From a virus (lineage: Duplodnaviria; Caudoviricetes), in IMG/VR virus record IMGVR_UViG_3300014160_000348, positions 1-36,955 of that record: a stretch of DNA of 36,955 bases; one strand, given 5' to 3'. A program made the position numbers and the translations under genes. The notes beneath the pieces are model-generated. The model did no database searches, was not told the DNA's origin, and was given only the letters and a program-made list of their open reading frames with translations. Shown here piece after piece: positions 36,032 through 36,955 of the stretch (its first letter is position 1; each line of letters opens with the position of its first letter).

Positions 36032-36340
36032 CTAAATCGTTGTGGCTGGCGCCGCAAACCAGACTGCTGCGCTCGCGCCCGAGATATTCTTGCGCCTCTT
36101 TGTGGAGTGCCAGATCAGCCCCATTCGGTGCAGCTCCGAGAACCTTGGCCGCACAGACAGCACGGACTCGCCAAGCTTCGTTGCTGCCTCATCGGCCGTA
36201 AGCTCCTCGCTCTGGAGCAGGGCTAGCACCTGGTCGCGCAACCGCTGCGCGCGCCCCTGCATCGCCTGCGCTGCCTCACGCGAGGTTCCTGGGGCTTTGT
36301 AGCCCGGCGTGATTGGGTAGGCTTGGCAGTTGGCGCTCAT
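36032..36340 (-). CDS. Winged-helix DNA-binding protein
   Basis: TSREAA...VLALL..LTADEAA..LG..VLSVRPRFSEL..GLI..R...G..A.VW. Start at ATG 36340. Confidence 0.8.
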   Translation of the reverse strand: MSANCQAYPITPGYKAPGTSREAAQAMQGRAQRLRDQVLALLQSEELTADEAATKLGESVLSVRPRFSELHRMGLIWHSTKRRKNISGASAAVWFAAPATTI

Positions 36341-36636
36341 AGGCGGGGTTCCCTGGTTGCAAGGTGAGTCGCCATCAACGACGCGCGGCGCACGCTCTGA
36401 ATCTGCGCCTCCGTAAACCCGGCTTTGCGTCCCCAGTCCGGCAGGCACGCCAGGCATAGCCCATGAGAGACGCGCGGCGTCCCTTTCCCCACCCGCCGTC
36501 CAAACGGCATGAGGTCCAGCCCAATGCGCCGGACACAGACCATGCACACCGAGACCAGCGCCGGCTGTGAGGAAAGTTTGGAGCGCGGCCCAGCGGCTGT
36601 GCGTGTGCCCGCGCGAGTAGGATTAAGGGTTTGCAT
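36337..36636 (-). CDS. Small Zn-finger protein
   Basis: CMVC...SHGLCLAC. Start at ATG 36636; stop overlaps the next start. Confidence 0.7.
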   Translation of the reverse strand: MQTLNPTRAGTRTAAGPRSKLSSQPALVSVCMVCVRRIGLDLMPFGRRVGKGTPRVSHGLCLACLPDWGRKAGFTEAQIQSVRRASLMATHLATREPRL

Positions 36637-36640
36637 AGTG

Positions 36641-36880
36641 TCAGCCTTTGGTTGAGCTTTTGGGGGCAGAAAAGGACGCCTGGACCACCGCCAGCGGCAC
36701 TCCCGCGTCCGCCGCGAACTTCGCCAGGATGGTGCGGGGGTGAAAGCGCAGCGTCTTGCGGCCAAGTCGAATCGCGGGGATCTTCGGGCGAAGTCCGCGC
36801 GCCTTGGCTGCCACGTCTCGCGGCCTGAGCCGCAACCACCGCGCGCACTCGTCCAGCGTTAGAGGCTTGTCCAGGTTCAT
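36641..36880 (-). CDS. Excisionase-like/MerR-type HTH protein
   Basis: LTLDECARWLRL...IPAIRLGRKTLRF. Likely start at ATG 36880; the ORF track extends to 36955. Confidence 0.75.
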   Translation of the reverse strand: MNLDKPLTLDECARWLRLRPRDVAAKARGLRPKIPAIRLGRKTLRFHPRTILAKFAADAGVPLAVVQASFSAPKSSTKG

Positions 36881-36955
36881 AGACTTACAGCGCTTGCCGC
36901 CGCCCCACACCACAGCGTTGCTCAAGTTCTGGCAGATGCTTTTCGGCGAGTTCAT

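Overview
The window is one near-complete temperate tailed phage or prophage with podovirus-like gene order. A + strand tyrosine integrase (1-1251) converges on a single - strand run. Read from 36955 downward, that run holds xis/HTH and early genes, DHH phosphoesterase, metallopeptidase, RusA-like nuclease, a C5 methyltransferase split over two overlapping frames, ParB, radical SAM, replication initiator, MT-A70, a small promoter/operator cassette, TerS/TerL, portal, scaffold, N4-gp56-like capsid, tail, adaptor and nozzle genes, then ejection proteins ending in a 1967-aa protein. I saw no tape measure or sheath, repressor, att site or endolysin. The host is inferred to be Verrucomicrobiota. The most unusual part is 11.3-19.1 kb. 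Two tail-fibre-like proteins and the head-tail adaptor carry apparent Sec signal peptides. The two fibres are strongly Thr-Asn-rich and almost Lys-free. A holin-like domain is fused through a signal peptide to an outer-membrane beta-barrel, and a lipoprotein phosphatase sits in the morphogenesis operon. Together these suggest envelope-routed (possibly host-glycosylated) virion parts and non-canonical release. All family calls come from motif recognition by eye; no searches were run.
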